A stretch of DNA of 64,000 nt from Octopus vulgaris (GCA_951406725.2 OX597820.1:103726001-103790000); one strand, 5' to 3'. Positions 27,140 to 40,739 are shown, numbered from the stretch's first letter. Numbers and translations are program-made. The notes: generated from the sequence alone by a model not told the origin.

Positions 27140-27317
27140 TAGCATAGACACAGGACCTGAAATTTTGGAAGAAAAGGAGCTGTTAGTTGATATCACAGTA
27201 CCCAAGTTTTTGACTAGTAATTTATTTTATTGACTCCAGAGGGATGAAAGGTAAAGTTGACCTTGGTAGGATTTGAACACGGAATGTAAAGAACCGAAAC
27301 AAATGCCGCAAAGCATT
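27140..27317 (-). mobile_element. old SINE family B copy
   Basis: ggatgaaaggtaaagttgaccttggtaggatttgaac. Confidence 0.7.
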
Positions 27318-28758
27318 GAACTTGTTGTACAGTAGTCTTAGGGATGATTTCGGATATTTAGCACTCATTAAAGAGATCAATAAAATCGTTTAATTCGCCT
27401 CACATGTACGCCGACTTAAAATAAGTTAAATTCACACAGGTAGCTGTATTACGTATGTGGTATGCTTCATATTGCCTGGTTAACTACCTTCCTCATCATA
27501 GCTTTGGTTATACATGCTTAACATAAATTCACACAAACAATATTTTAGCTCATTAGAGCTATGTGTCTTCATGATGTAAGACAGCGTTTATCCGCTGGAA
27601 ATTTAGCATAGCGCAGCTGCTGCACTTATACTGGGTTTTAAATTATATCTTTTGTGACAGGAAATTGCTATGACAAACCAGAATTAGGCTAGATTGATCA
27701 GTTTAAAATTCAGAGCGTTATGTCACTAAGAAATTAAATTCTTTACAGGGGACAAAAGGAACATGAAATAGTTAATATCAATAACTTTTTTTTTTTGCAT
27801 AAATCATAAGTACTACCCTTTATACATTTCATATTGGTACACCGTTCTGAAAATGAACTTAAGTTATTTTTTACAAAAACAGTTCGAAGGAGAATTAAAC
27901 AACAGTAAAAGTATTCGGCTGGTAAAGAGAATCAAATTACTTTAAAATAATGATCTACACATAATTTACTTTATCATCTGATGTTGCATGTGCAAATGAT
28001 GAAAAAACATACGGAAAATGTGATCTTCTGGACTAAGACACAAGAAATATTCTTAAAATGTAAGAATATCGCTGGTTAATTAATAAAAATCGAAACTTCG
28101 GTTGTAGTTCAATATCACAAAGCATATCCATGTATGCAGTAAGTGTAGTCACCTTGGACTTGAACTCACACAAGTTCATTTGTCTCGTGAATGATACTCT
28201 ATGTAGTAAATGTAGGAATCAGTGACGATTAAACAAAACAGTTACCAACTCTAGTAACAGACATTTTAAAGCATAAAAGCAGTGAAGTACTTCATAGAAA
28301 TAAAAAAAAGAACAGCTAATCAAGAAGTAATCGAAAATGCAGTATATATGTCACTGAAAAATGACGAAGCAAAAACAGGGATAGTTTTTAAGAGAGCTTA
28401 AAGGTAGGCAGTACATAGATATGTTTTGAGGTATTAAACTGCAAGAGAGAATCTTAGGAGATTATTGACTCTCGTAATATACAGATATAACAAACTACAA
28501 AGGAAACTAAATAAGAAAAATAATGATAAAAAATATAATTTCCAAGCAATCTAAGAATATCTGTTATGATTGTTGAATCTATTTATTGTTAATGGCAAAA
28601 TTGTTCTATTGACCTGCTTAAGAGCAGCAGTTGGCAAATAATCTAAACTTCTATCGTTATATTTTGACTTAAGACATTTAAAACCAGGTTCAGATACAGC
28701 AGCCATATACGTCACTAAACAGAAGTATCAAACAGACGTCCACTGAAAAAGAAAGGCA

Positions 28759-29146
28759 GCCAATAATATTGGTTTCAAATTTCGGCACAAGGCCAGCAAC
28801 TTCAAGAGAGGGGTAAGTCGATTATATCGACTCCAGTACTCAACTGGTACTAATTCTATTGACACCAAAAGTAGGAAAGGCAAGGTCGACTTAGGTGGAA
28901 TTTGAACTCAAAACATAAAGACAGACGAAACGCCGCTAAGCATTTTGCCAATAATATTGGTTTCAAATTTTGGTACAAGGCCAGCAATTTCGAGGGAGGA
29001 TCTAAGTCGACTATATCGACCCCAGTACACAATTGGTACTTATTTCATCAACCCTAGAAAGATGAAAGGCAAGGTCGACTTAGGTGGAATTTGAACTCAG
29101 AACATAAAGACGGACGAAACGCCGCTAAGCATTTTGCCAATAATAT
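28759..29146 (-). mobile_element. tandem pair of 5'-truncated SINE B copies bounded by three gccaataatat repeats
   Basis: gccaataatat at 28759, 28947 and 29136; period 188-189 bp. Confidence 0.85.
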
Positions 29147-29476
29147 CATTACGTAAATTAGATCAGTCGTAGTTATGCAATGTCTAATGGATAAGGATAA
29201 GAAGTTTGTACTACATGTCATTGAGCATACTACATGTCACATGTCATTGAGTATACTATATCTCATTGGGTGTGCCAAAGAAGAGGGAGCAATTATAGCC
29301 AGAATTCCATTCATTCCAACAGATGCACTCAATTTAGCCTAATTAGGTCAATCAATAAATCCAAGAGGGGGAGATTGGTAGTAACTGAACTGTTTCTTTA
29401 CAAATTAGTTCCTTGTTAATTGTCAAATTTAATGTAGGCTGCTTAAGAGTTGGAGGTATCAGAAATCTATTTACAC

Positions 29477-29730
29477 CAGTGTTTCTTGACCATTTTTTTT
29501 TTTATCTTTGGACTCCTTTAATTACTATTTTACTCAGGTGTACCCACCTAGCCATTAGACGTTTAAAAAATATATTTTATATAATCAAATATTATTAGGC
29601 GTTGTATAAAAAATTTGTTAATATATTTTATGCATTGTGGAACTATAACCAATTTATTGCTGATAAGTTTTATCAACAAATTCTTATATGGACTCCCAAG
29701 GACCTTATAGAGCCCGGTTAAGAACCACTG
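29477..29730. mobile_element. hAT/Charlie-type MITE with 8-bp TSD
   Basis: TIRs cagtgtttcttgacc / ggttaagaaccactg; flanks atttacac / atttatac. Confidence 0.85.
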
Positions 29731-30382
29731 ATTTATACCCTTGTTGGTAAAACTAAGACTCTGTATGTCCTAAAGTGGTGATATAAAAATGTGCAGCACT
29801 CCCAAGGTTGTGATCAGTACATGTCTAATATGATATAAACTAGAATTCATTGAAACTCTTAATACATTTCTTTATTTCTGCATGTAATCCAGTTCTAATA
29901 TCTGGATATATATTTCACTTTAAATTCTTAACATTTTAAGAATTATTTCATTCCCATGGCTTGTTTGCCTCCCAACACTGAAGTTTCAACACATTTTTTA
30001 AAAATTATCTTAGAACTTAATGAATTTCATGACTAACAGATATACTATGTTCAATAATAGTATCAAGTGAAATAGAATTCTATCTACTTGATTATGTGTT
30101 CTTTTTCAATATACTTGAATTTCATTTATGCACTTAAATTACAAAATATAATATCAATATTTAATATAGTGTTTTAGGCACAGAACTGTTTTGAAATTGT
30201 TTTGCAATAAATAACTTTACTGGGAAATGATTTCGTACACAAAAGATAAGTTTCCAACTGAAATCCATTACTGTTATTTTTAAATGAATATGCTTTCATC
30301 AAGAAAAATTCTGGAGCGTTTATAATCAAAACGCCAATAATTCTACTATATATACGAGTGTGCGTGCGTACACACACACACA

Positions 30383-30413
<31 letters not shown>

Positions 30414-30539
30414 TACACATACACAAAGGCACTAGCACACCGAGGCAGACATATATGTATGTATATATGTATGTATATATATATGTATGTATATATGTAC
30501 GAATGTATGTGTGAGTGTATATATATATATGTGTGTGAC

Positions 30540-30603
<64 letters not shown>

Positions 30604-30607
30604 TGTG

Positions 30608-30992
30608 TTTATTCTTTTAGATGTTTCAGTTGTTGGATCGCGCCGTTTTGGGGCTCCACCCTAGAGAGTTTAATCGGGAAAATCGACTCTAGTAATTATT
30701 CTTTACAAGTCTGGTACTCATTCTATCAACTCTTTTGCCGAACCGCAAAGTCACTCAGACGTAAGCAAATGACCACAGGTCTTCAAAGGTATGAAACAAC
30801 CACAAAGACACGGACATACAGGTATATTTACGACGACTTCCAAACAGTTTCTAGCCAGCTAATTCATTCACAAGATATTGGTCGGCCTGGGGCTGAAGTA
30901 GACGACACTTGTCCAAGAAGTCATGTGGTATGAGTGAACCTGAAACCACGTGCTGCGAAGCAAACTTCTTGATCTTACAGACACCTCCGCAT
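30608..30992 (-). mobile_element. old SINE family A copy
   Basis: degenerate similarity to family A. Confidence 0.7.
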
Positions 30993-31304
30993 ACAATCGC
31001 AAGAAATACGAACACGACCAGGTCAATACACCCGAAAAACTAACAAATGAACAGCACAAGCATAAATACGCACACACACATACACACACGCGCGCGCGCA
31101 CACACACACACATGCACACACACACACACAAGGACACAAATACACCACCAATACCGAGGTGTAAGAGTTCTCGTCTGAAGATTGCTGTGGCGTGAAACCT
31201 GAATCGTGAAACCTGTTTCAATAAAACCACTGTATCCTCTACATGTATTGCGCAGTTCTCTTTAATTCGACTCCCATATAAGTCAACGAATATGTGTATA
31301 TTTC

Positions 31305-31358
<54 letters not shown>

Positions 31359-31390
31359 GTGTGTGTGCGTGTGTGTATGTATATATATAA

Positions 31391-31436
<46 letters not shown>

Positions 31437-31502
31437 GTATGTATATATATAATATTCTTTTATTCTTTTATATTTTTCAGCCCTAATGCTGTGGTCATGC
31501 TA

Positions 31503-33083
31503 TAGAAGGTGATGACCAGCTTGAGGAAGTAGGAGGTGGATACACGTTTTTTGGGATGGGGAGACTGAAGAGGGGGGCGTAGAGAGGTTGGTTGTTGGTT
31601 TTGCAGCTTGACTGATATCCTTAAGAAGTTGGAGGAGCTTCCTGTTCCTATAAATGAACGTCTAATGATTCTACGATTTCATCTGAAAGGTGGGTGTGTT
31701 GTTACTCTAAGTGCTTATGCACCTACTCTGACCAGTTGTAATAAAGATAAAGCTAATTTTTATGTCCAGCTGAGAGCCATACTTAGGAAATTCCCCAATT
31801 TTGATAAATTCATTCTTCTGGGGGATTTCAATGCCAGGGTTGGAACAGGCTGGAAAGCATGGAACTCTCTAGGACGGTTTGGTATAGGGAAATTGAGCAG
31901 CAATGGCCTCATGCTGCTGGAGCTTTGCGATGAACATGGACTTTACATCACAAGCACTCATTTTATGCACAAAGGTGATCACACAACAACGTGGATGCAT
32001 CCAAGGTCTAAAGTTTAGTACTTACTGGATTATGTCATCATCTGCAAGCGTGACATCTATGACATTTGTAATGTCAAGTCCTTTCATGGATCGGAATGCT
32101 GGACAGACCACAGTCTGTTGCGAGCACAGTTCTGGATGATGATTAGAGTGAAAGAAAGAAGAGGGTCAGTTGGCATTCCTCGGCATCTGAATGTCCTCAA
32201 GATACATGATGCTGTGTTGAGGAAAGAACTTCAGACTCGCTTGTTCAGCATTGAAAATACTACAGTACGGGAAGATTTTCGAGACCAGGTTCTTCAATGT
32301 GCTGCTGAAACACTGGGATATGCTACTGCCAGACACAGAGACTGGTTTGATGAAAATGATGCTGACGTTCAGTAACTATTGGTGGTATAGCGTCATGCCT
32401 ACAATGTATTACTGCACAGAAGACTTTCAGCTGTACAGAGAAATCTATCACTTGCCTACTATTGCAGAGTAGAATCACTATTGCAGCGATCTCTCAGGAA
32501 GATGTCTGAGACACATTCTGAATGTTGGCTGGGCCTTTAAAACTCCAGACGCACAGGTCTTGAGGAAAGCTGATATCTTGAGTATTGAGGCAATGGTGCA
32601 CAAGCACCAGTTATATTGGACTGGACACCTTATTAGAATGAAGGATAGCAGGATCCCTAAATAGATGCTATATAGGGAACTAGGTGGTGGAAAGATATCC
32701 TGGCAGAAACCAAGGCTGCGATTTAAGGTCTGTCTCAAGTCCTCGTTAAAGGCCTGTGATATGCAGGAAACTGACTGGGAGGGCAATGCCTGTCATCGCC
32801 ACAGACGGAGAAAGCAGGTTAAGGAGTGGATCGACACATTTGAGAGAGCACGTATTCTGCATGAGGAATTTAAGCGTGTTGCTCGAAAGCGCACTGCTAG
32901 TGAATGGGGAAAACTTGGTTTGAAATGTTTGCAGTCTTGTGTACTTGTCGAGAGCAGGGCTTATTAGCCACCAACGGAGCCGCAAATACAAAATACAAGT
33001 TAGTTAGTCCTAGAGAGCACAATGTTCCTAAAGCTCAACAATAGTCTTCCTCGGTCACGAGTGAACAGCCATTATCATCATCA
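31503..33083 (+). mobile_element. RTE/BovB-like LINE remnant, RT domain deleted
   Basis: APE motifs LSAYAPT, LLGDFNARVG, TTWMHPRSK and WTDH; C-terminal KPRLRFKVCLKSSLK; (CAT)n tail. Confidence 0.9.
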
Positions 33084-33202
33084 TGTATGTATGTATGTAT
33101 GTATATGTATCTCCCGCTCTGTATACATATATACACACATACATGCATACATACATACATACATACATACGTACATACATGCATGCATGCATACATACAT
33201 AC

Positions 33203-33241
<39 letters not shown>

Positions 33242-33330
33242 CATACATACATATATGCCTACATACATGCATACATACATACATACATACATACATACAT
33301 ACATACATACATACATACATACATGTACAT
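33084..33330. repeat. (TATG)n/(CATA)n microsatellite
   Basis: direct reading. Confidence 0.95.
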
Positions 33331-34836
33331 GACTGGTTATGCAAATAGAAATAAAGTACTAAATTCAAAGTAGAAGATAAATAATATTTATTATTTGTTG
33401 ACATAATTTCTCCCTCGTAGATGGTTATGTGATCGCAATGGTCACATGATGAAGAAAAATAATATTTTAAGCGACATTGGCCGTAAAAGAGATGAGAAAC
33501 TGAAACACTAAGAGAAAAGGGTCGGTTGGTGATAGGGAGAAGGGAGAAATGAATCAAGATAAAGAGATAATGAGAAATAAAGAGAGAAAGACACACAGCT
33601 GGAGAAAGAGGTTGGGGATATTATGCAGAGTAAAGTTAGATAAAGAAACAGAGAGTAAGAGTGAGTGACGTGATGTAAAGAGAGAGAAGGAGGAAAAAGT
33701 ATGTGTGTGCAAAGAGAGGGTGGAATGAGGATAAAGGAAGGAGAGATATATATAAAGAGATAGAGAGGAATAAGATAAGAGGGAGAACAGAGGAAGATTA
33801 GTGACAAATGAAAGGAACGAAACACAACTGAAGAAAGGCTATTAGAGGTTGTAAATTGTTTGGTCTTATAACAACTAGAAAGCATTTGTCGAGAAATCGT
33901 GTCTATAACGTCCATACCAGTCAATCGTGTTAGGTTGCCTCGACAGGAGAATAAAATCTATATATTCACGTAATCTTTTGATATTCAAATCTAAGTCGCT
34001 GAAGTTTTGTCTGGGTCAACAGATAAGGTCATTGGCGTATTTAATGGTGTTAGGTATCTGCTTTCAGGATTTTCGATAAAACTCATAATTCAGCGCAAGA
34101 ACAAAATAGAAGAAATATTCTACGTGTTACCCTCTGATTGGATCGTGTTTACTTTGTCGCTGGTCATTCCTACACAAGCAGATCTCTGATCAAAGACGTT
34201 TATTCAGTATCGGAGGTTGCCATAAAGCTATGCATGCTACCGACTAGAGTTTCACAATCCCTAGGGATCTCAAAATAATTAAAAGGCATACATGTTTGCA
34301 CTTTTCTGGGCCTTTCCAACGTAATAGTTAACAAGAAGCTCAGGGCCTCATCCTGTCCAGGTCCGTCACTACGTTCCAGCCAAAATTATACTCTTTTTTT
34401 TTCTTTTCGTTCCCCAAACTCTATCCACCTATAGCTACATCATGACAATATGACATTCCTATATAAGATGTTAGAGCGTAGTTTGGGACAGATTTGGCCG
34501 CTTCTGGTTTTCTTTTTGCAGGTCAAAGGAACTTGGTAGAGGTTCACTCACTGGCTCATTTTTACAAAAAACATTGCCAAACAGCTTTACTGTAGTATAG
34601 CAATATTCTTTCACGACTTACAATGTACATAGCAAAATTCCTATTGGGGTTATAAATTTTCCCTCGAGATTTAGAAATGATATGGTCTCGTCTTGCTGTT
34701 AGCTGCAGATCGATATTGCCTAGCATTAAAAGAAATATGTGTAACAGAACATCAGGTGGTATCGATGAGCCATAAATGAGTGGACTAGATATTACTAATT
34801 TCTTCCCCTCTTTTTCTCTTCCACTCTCTCTCCCTT

Positions 34837-34873
<37 letters not shown>

Positions 34874-34926
34874 ATCTCTCTCTTGTGCACCCGCACGCTT
34901 GTGTGTGTGTGTGTGTGTGTGAGAAT

Positions 34927-35046
34927 TTTTACAAGGAAACGGTTGACAGTGATATTAATGTTCTGGCTTACCAGCCGGCATGACGCAAACAGCTGCTAGC
35001 AGGTAAGCCAGAACTTGGCAGTCACCGTCACCTTTTCCTTGTAAAA
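34927..35046. repeat. 120-nt hairpin (53-bp imperfect arms, 13-nt loop)
   Basis: ttttacaaggaaa..gttctggcttacc.gc.ggca pairs with tgctagc.ggtaagccagaac..tttccttgtaaaa. Confidence 0.85.
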
Positions 35047-35191
35047 GTTAACAAATATGTACTCTATGTAAAATACTATTGAGTAAATGCAGGTGATTGT
35101 CAAATTATTTTTATATATAACTTGACATATATATATGCATGCATAAATGTATATATATCTATGCATGCTCCTATATATATCTATATATGAA

Positions 35192-35232
<41 letters not shown>

Positions 35233-35274
35233 CACACACACATACATAAATATATATATAAATAAATAAATATA

Positions 35275-35640
35275 GGCGTAGGAGTGGCTGTGTGGTAAGT
35301 ATCTTGCTTACCAAACCACATGGTTCCGGGTTCAGTCCCACTGCGTGGCACCTTCGGGAAGTGTCTTCTACTATAGCCTCGGGCCGACCAAAGTCCTTGT
35401 GAGTGGATTTGGTAGACGGAAACTGAAAGAAGCCCGTCATACATATGTATATATATATATATGTTTGTGTGTCTGTGTTTGACACCCATCATCGCTTGAC
35501 AACCGAAGCGGTTCGGCAAAAGAGACCGATAGAATAAGTACTAGGCTTACAAAGAATAAGTCCTGGGGTCGATTTGGTCGACTAAAGGCGGTGCTCCAGC
35601 ATGGCCACAGTCAAAATGACTGAAACAAGTAAAAGAGTAA
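35275..35640 (+). mobile_element. SINE family A
   Basis: similarity to the 16683 copy. Confidence 0.9.
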
Positions 35641-35855
35641 GCGTATATATATATATATATAAGTGAGTTTGGAGGGATATTTTATCCTGATATCGGCTCT
35701 CAGTTAAGTTCCACTTAACGGCTAACCACAACGATCGGTATCTAATGTCTGTGACTACATTTAGCTGTTAGTCACTCCGTGGATTCTTCCGATGGGTAAT
35801 TCCGTGTTCTTTTCGGTGGACAGTAAATATTGTATTATATTAATAATAATAAAGA

Positions 35856-36272
35856 GTATGGAGACTTGTACATCCACAAAATTTATTTTATAGTTATAGT
35901 TATATAGTTTATAGTTATATAAATCATGTTATAATGACGTACGCGTGTTTCCGCTGCAGAAACAACGATCTCGATCTAAACCTATTTGAAGACCAAGCCG
36001 TAGCTTGCGACAGCGACTGGGGCTAAGTTGAGGTCAACAACACATAAATAACCACACACACACCTCCCACAGAACACTAACAAAATTTTACTTTAATCAG
36101 TTCACTTCGAGGATGATCAAATGGACAGACCCTGATGAAGTTGTACCGACAATTCTGCATGGTTGCATTTGCAACAGTGAGAAGTCACTGCAGTGGAAAT
36201 ACGCCTAGGTCATTATAATATGCTATATATATAACGATAACATAAATTTCGTAGATGTACAAGTCTCCATAC
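35856..36272 (+). mobile_element. Penelope-like element with inverted terminal duplication and hammerhead (36128-36211)
   Basis: arms 35856-35959 / 36188-36272; gacc-CTGATGA-agttgta..tgcagtg-GAAA-tacgcc-TA-ggtc. Confidence 0.6.
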
Positions 36273-36545
36273 ATGTTTACAAAGTCAGAAAACAACACAG
36301 CTCCCATGGCTTTCGGAAACATTTTTTCACGCTAAGAGTTGCTGAAGCATGGAACAAACTGCCAGCATCAGTTGTTTGTTGTCGGAGCACTGCATCCTTC
36401 AAAACTTCCATGCTTCCTGAGATTCGTCAACACTACACCTGATTTTCTCCCCTCCATACACACGCAACCATGTATCTAACTCATACACTGTTCACTTTTC
36501 AGACGTTTATACATTACTGCATATGCTTTATACGCACTTTTGACA
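36273..36545 (+). pseudogene. CR1-type LINE 3' end
   Basis: FRKHFFTLRVAEAWNKLPASVV...TASFK. Confidence 0.85.
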
Positions 36546-36619
36546 ATATTATTATTATTATCATATCAGATCATCTACTGTCAAATTTACAAACTGTTTA
36601 TCTATTTACCTACCTATGC

Positions 36620-36655
<36 letters not shown>

Positions 36656-37406
36656 AGAGAGAGAGAGGGAGGGTATGTGTATGTACGTGCGTGTATATAT
36701 GTATGTATGTATTTGCCTTGGAAAAGTCAATGTCAATTGTAAGTTCATTCTTAGTGAGAACCTCCAGCTTTGAAACTTTAAGGAATGATATTGTATTTAT
36801 GAGGAATGAGTTCGACTTCGAACGGTTGTCGTGTTTGATATGGTAGTTTTGAAGAGTTTGTTTTATTTGTGTGTGGTACTTTAGTGTACATCAAGTACGG
36901 AGGAGTGCGGATGTGCGCAGGTGGATTCGAGGTTATAGATGTGTGTCGAAAATGGTGCTGTTGTTGTGCTAATTGTTTTATAAGTAAAGAATTTAAGGGT
37001 GTGTTGAAAGTTTTGAATATAATATAGGTCACCGAGCAGAATAAGGATGAGATATATTAGTTGATTTTTTTCTTTTTTTTTTTGCGAGCAAATTAATTAT
37101 GAAAATTATAACAAAAAACAAATATTTGAAAAACAAACCTTGATTACTGGAATAATCATAAGTACTTACATTCCATTTTCTCTAATGACACGCTGTGAGC
37201 GCTGCTATAGCATTTATAGAATGTTGAAAATATACCATCTAAACTGTGTTTGAAAATCTCCTAAATCGAGACTTTTACTCTCTATTCTCTTTCATGCCAT
37301 ACTGTTAGAGATATATCATTTGAACAGTGTTGAGCGTATATCGTAATCGTTGCATAAAGTGTTTGAAAATCTTCCGAGCCATAAAATATATCATCATCGT
37401 TACCTA

Positions 37407-38500
37407 GGCGCAGGCGTGTTAAAAAGCTTGCTTCCCAACCACATGGTTCTGGGTTCAGTCCCACTTGTAGACGAAAACTGAAAGAAGCCTGTCGTATATA
37501 TATATATATACTCTGTAGGCAGCCAAATTTCTATCATCAACAGTGGCGAAAACCATTAAGGGTACCAACTAGAGCCTTTATTGCTTTAGTGCGCTCAGGA
37601 CAGCGGATCCGTTTCAAGAGGAGGAAGAGAGTTCTTGTGAGCGACGAGGGGTGGAGCGGCTATTTGGGAGGTGACTGAAGATTTGCCGGGGTACCAGGGA
37701 GTCTTTCCCATCCCAGTTGCGAAGGAATCGGATATCATGGTATAATGTGAGAGAAGGAAAGTGGTAAATCTAGTCGAGTTAACGGTTCCTCATGAAGATA
37801 ATAAGGACACCGCTCGGACTCGAAAGATCGACCGTTATGTAAACCTCCTCGAGGAATGTGAAAACGCAGAGTATTTTCCAATCGAAGTCGGATGCAGAGG
37901 ATTCGTTGGACACAGAGTGAGGTAACTGTTATTCTCGTTAGGCCTAATTTATCGTAAAGTAAATACCACCATGATTGATATCCAAAATACAGTGGAAAAG
38001 GTATACCACTGGATTTGGTTAAAAAGAGATGATGAGCGATGGCTAGAAGAATATTGGGCTACATCTGATAACCAGTTGATCTAGCAAGCGAGGCCTCATT
38101 CCAGTGAGAGGAGCCGGTACGCAATGATGTTGTCGGGAGGTAGGCCCCGAAGCGGCGCGCATTCCCTCCTGGTGACCCCATACACTTGCTGGCTTCCGAG
38201 ATGCGGAGCTTTCGACTGATAGCACTTGCATGTGCAAGTTGTTTCCAAAACATGTATGTATCTATCTATGTGTGTATCTTTGTGCCTGAGTTCGTCCCCA
38301 CTCTCATCACTGCTTGACAACCGATGCTGGTGTTTAATTCCCTCGTAACTTAGCGGTTCAGCAAAAGAGACCGATAGAATAAATACTAGGCTTAAGATAT
38401 ATTAGTCTTGGGGTCGATTTGTTTCACTAAAACCCATCAAGGCGATATTCCAGCATGGCCGCAGTCAAATGACGGAAACAAGTAAAAGAATGAAAGAATA
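37407..38500 (+). mobile_element. SINE family A split by an insertion at its internal microsatellite
   Basis: head 37407-37510, 3' half about 38253-38500. Confidence 0.8.
37511..38250 (+). pseudogene. HERO-like non-LTR retrotransposon 3' end (restriction-like endonuclease)
   Basis: SDIMV..RKVVNLVELTVPHEDN..ARTRKIDRY..L..EC..FPIEVGCRGFVG. Confidence 0.85.
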
Positions 38501-39040
38501 AACATCTTAGAAATTTCCCCAATTTCTGACCTAGACATATCAAAGAACACACAGCACATAAACACATTATAAAATATTGTTATCACAACTGATTTTTTTT
38601 TTTTTTTGCTCAACTGATTTTTTTTTTTTTGCTCAAGAGAAAGGTCAGCGTTCAGGACCCTTTAAAAATCCTCCGAAAATTTAGAATAGATGACAAAGGG
38701 TATACTCAAGCGGGAAACTTGGCCCTAATTTTTGGTCTCCGCTGAAAGAATCCAAGGTACTTGTTGGCAGTATTTAAAACAAAAATCAAGAAAATGATAC
38801 TATAATCTTCAAACGGTACCTGAAGAGATTCCTACAAGAAATATCTATCGAACCGCGCAGAAATCAGAAACTTTTCTGACATCTTCTTGCTCTAATGAGC
38901 TATGATGGTGCTAAATACGATGCACAAAATGTCAGTCAGGGGTTCTAGATGCGGCATGGGGGAATACTGGCCGATACTTCCATAAAATTGCCTAAATTTA
39001 TATTTATATAGAATGATTCAAAATTGGCTTTATTATGTAA

Positions 39041-39099
<59 letters not shown>

Positions 39100-39102
<3 letters not shown>

Positions 39103-39411
39103 TTAATCCAAACATGAACAAAGAGAAAACACAACTCGAGGGCGTGGAACAAGTATAGTGTTATTGGACGCTCAGGAAAGGAGAGAAAGAAGGAGGATTT
39201 AACGTTTCGCGAAGAGCTCTTCGTCAGAAATATAGAAAAAAGGAAAGGTCCAAGGAAGGGAAGACGGAGAAAGAAAATCGCCAACGATACACACGCGGTC
39301 ACATATTGAAATGACCGGAAAGGAATGGGTGAAGAAAAGTTCTTTCAAAGACAGCTGAGTGCAAGAGAAGGAGGTATGTGTGTGTATGTGTGGGCATGTG
39401 CGTGCGCGCAG

Positions 39412-39454
<43 letters not shown>

Positions 39455-39640
39455 TGTGTGTGTGTAATGATAGCACGTGTTTGTGTGGTCGTGGCTGTTT
39501 ATTTATGTGTGCGGTTGGGCTTAGTATCGTTTAAGGTCATAGGAAGAATTTATAATAAGAATTTTGCTAGGAGAGGCTGCCGGTTGTGTGTCTACCCACA
39601 CATGAGTAGGAGAATGTTCAGTAGAAGGTACTGGTAGTTT
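39100..39640 (-). mobile_element. Penelope-like element 3' region with minimal hammerhead (39197-39231)
   Basis: minus strand attt-CTGACGA-agagctcttcgc-GAAA-c-g-TT-aaat; ends in (TA)n; same terminus at 44655-44730. Confidence 0.65.
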
Positions 39641-39946
39641 GAAGAATGTGTGTGTGCGTGTATGTATATGTAGTGTGTTTGTGTTTTGTTTCCGGTATGT
39701 ATGTGTGTTCGTGTGTGTATGTGTGTATGCGTGGGGATATGTGTGTGGAGAAACTATACTTTACTCTGTGTATGTGTGCGTGTGTGCTTGTATGTGCGAG
39801 TGTATGTGTACATGTATGTATAATTGTGTGCGTATGTGTGTATGTGTGTACGTGTGTATATACACGTGTGTGCGTGTGTACATGTGTGTATGTGTGTGTG
39901 TATTTTGTGTGTGTGCATGTGCATGTGATATATATATATATATATA

Positions 39947-40250
39947 TATAAACAACTTATAAATAAGGGCAAACGAAAAAATTTCTAATGCCAAATATGC
40001 CAAAATTGGATATATTGTCCATAACCATATAATTTTTCACAATACGCACGCTACTCGAAAAAAAGCCGACAGAAATTTCTTAAAAATTCCATTATTACCA
40101 TATCGGACCGATTTCAGGGTTAGTTTTCAGGGTTAGTTCAGGGTAGCGTGCGTATTCTGAAAAATTATATGGTTATGGACAATATGTCCAATTTCGGCAT
40201 ATTTGGCATTAGAAATTTTTTCGTTTGCCCTTATTTATAAGCTGCTTATA
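39947..40250. repeat. long inverted repeat, ~110-bp arms, spacer containing agggttag repeats (MITE-like)
   Basis: 39947-40059 is the reverse complement of 40138-40250 with few mismatches. Confidence 0.9.
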
Positions 40251-40327
40251 ATTTTAACCTTTAAAGGTATTTTTTAATATGCTGGCCATTGATAATTTTT
40301 TTTTTTCGAAAAAATTTTATCCTACAT

Positions 40328-40389
<62 letters not shown>

Positions 40390-40739
40390 GAAAATGCGAC
40401 CAAGAGAAATAATATTCTTAAGATTATAAATCTGGAAAATTACAGGACAAGTTATTACACTTGAAAAAGTTCAGGACAACTTATTACATTTGATTTTAAT
40501 TTACAAAGTAACACTATAATTAAAAAAGATACCATCATTTTGTTAAAATATTGACACACTAGAACACTTGAAAAATGAGAGCCAGTAGTACCAATATAGC
40601 TAAAGTTTTATACAAAGTAGAATATTATATATGGTAGGCAAATTCATTATGTAAAAAATAGGCATTGGGTCAAAACTAAAAATGTAAAGGCTTGGCAATA
40701 ATTTAGGCTATAACTCAAGTAAATTTTACTGTGAAATAT

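Noticed and set aside
31170-31215. CTGAAGA...GAAA hammerhead-like motif upstream of a TA tract
   Set aside because: No convincing stem I or stem III and no clear cleavage triplet; at most a remnant
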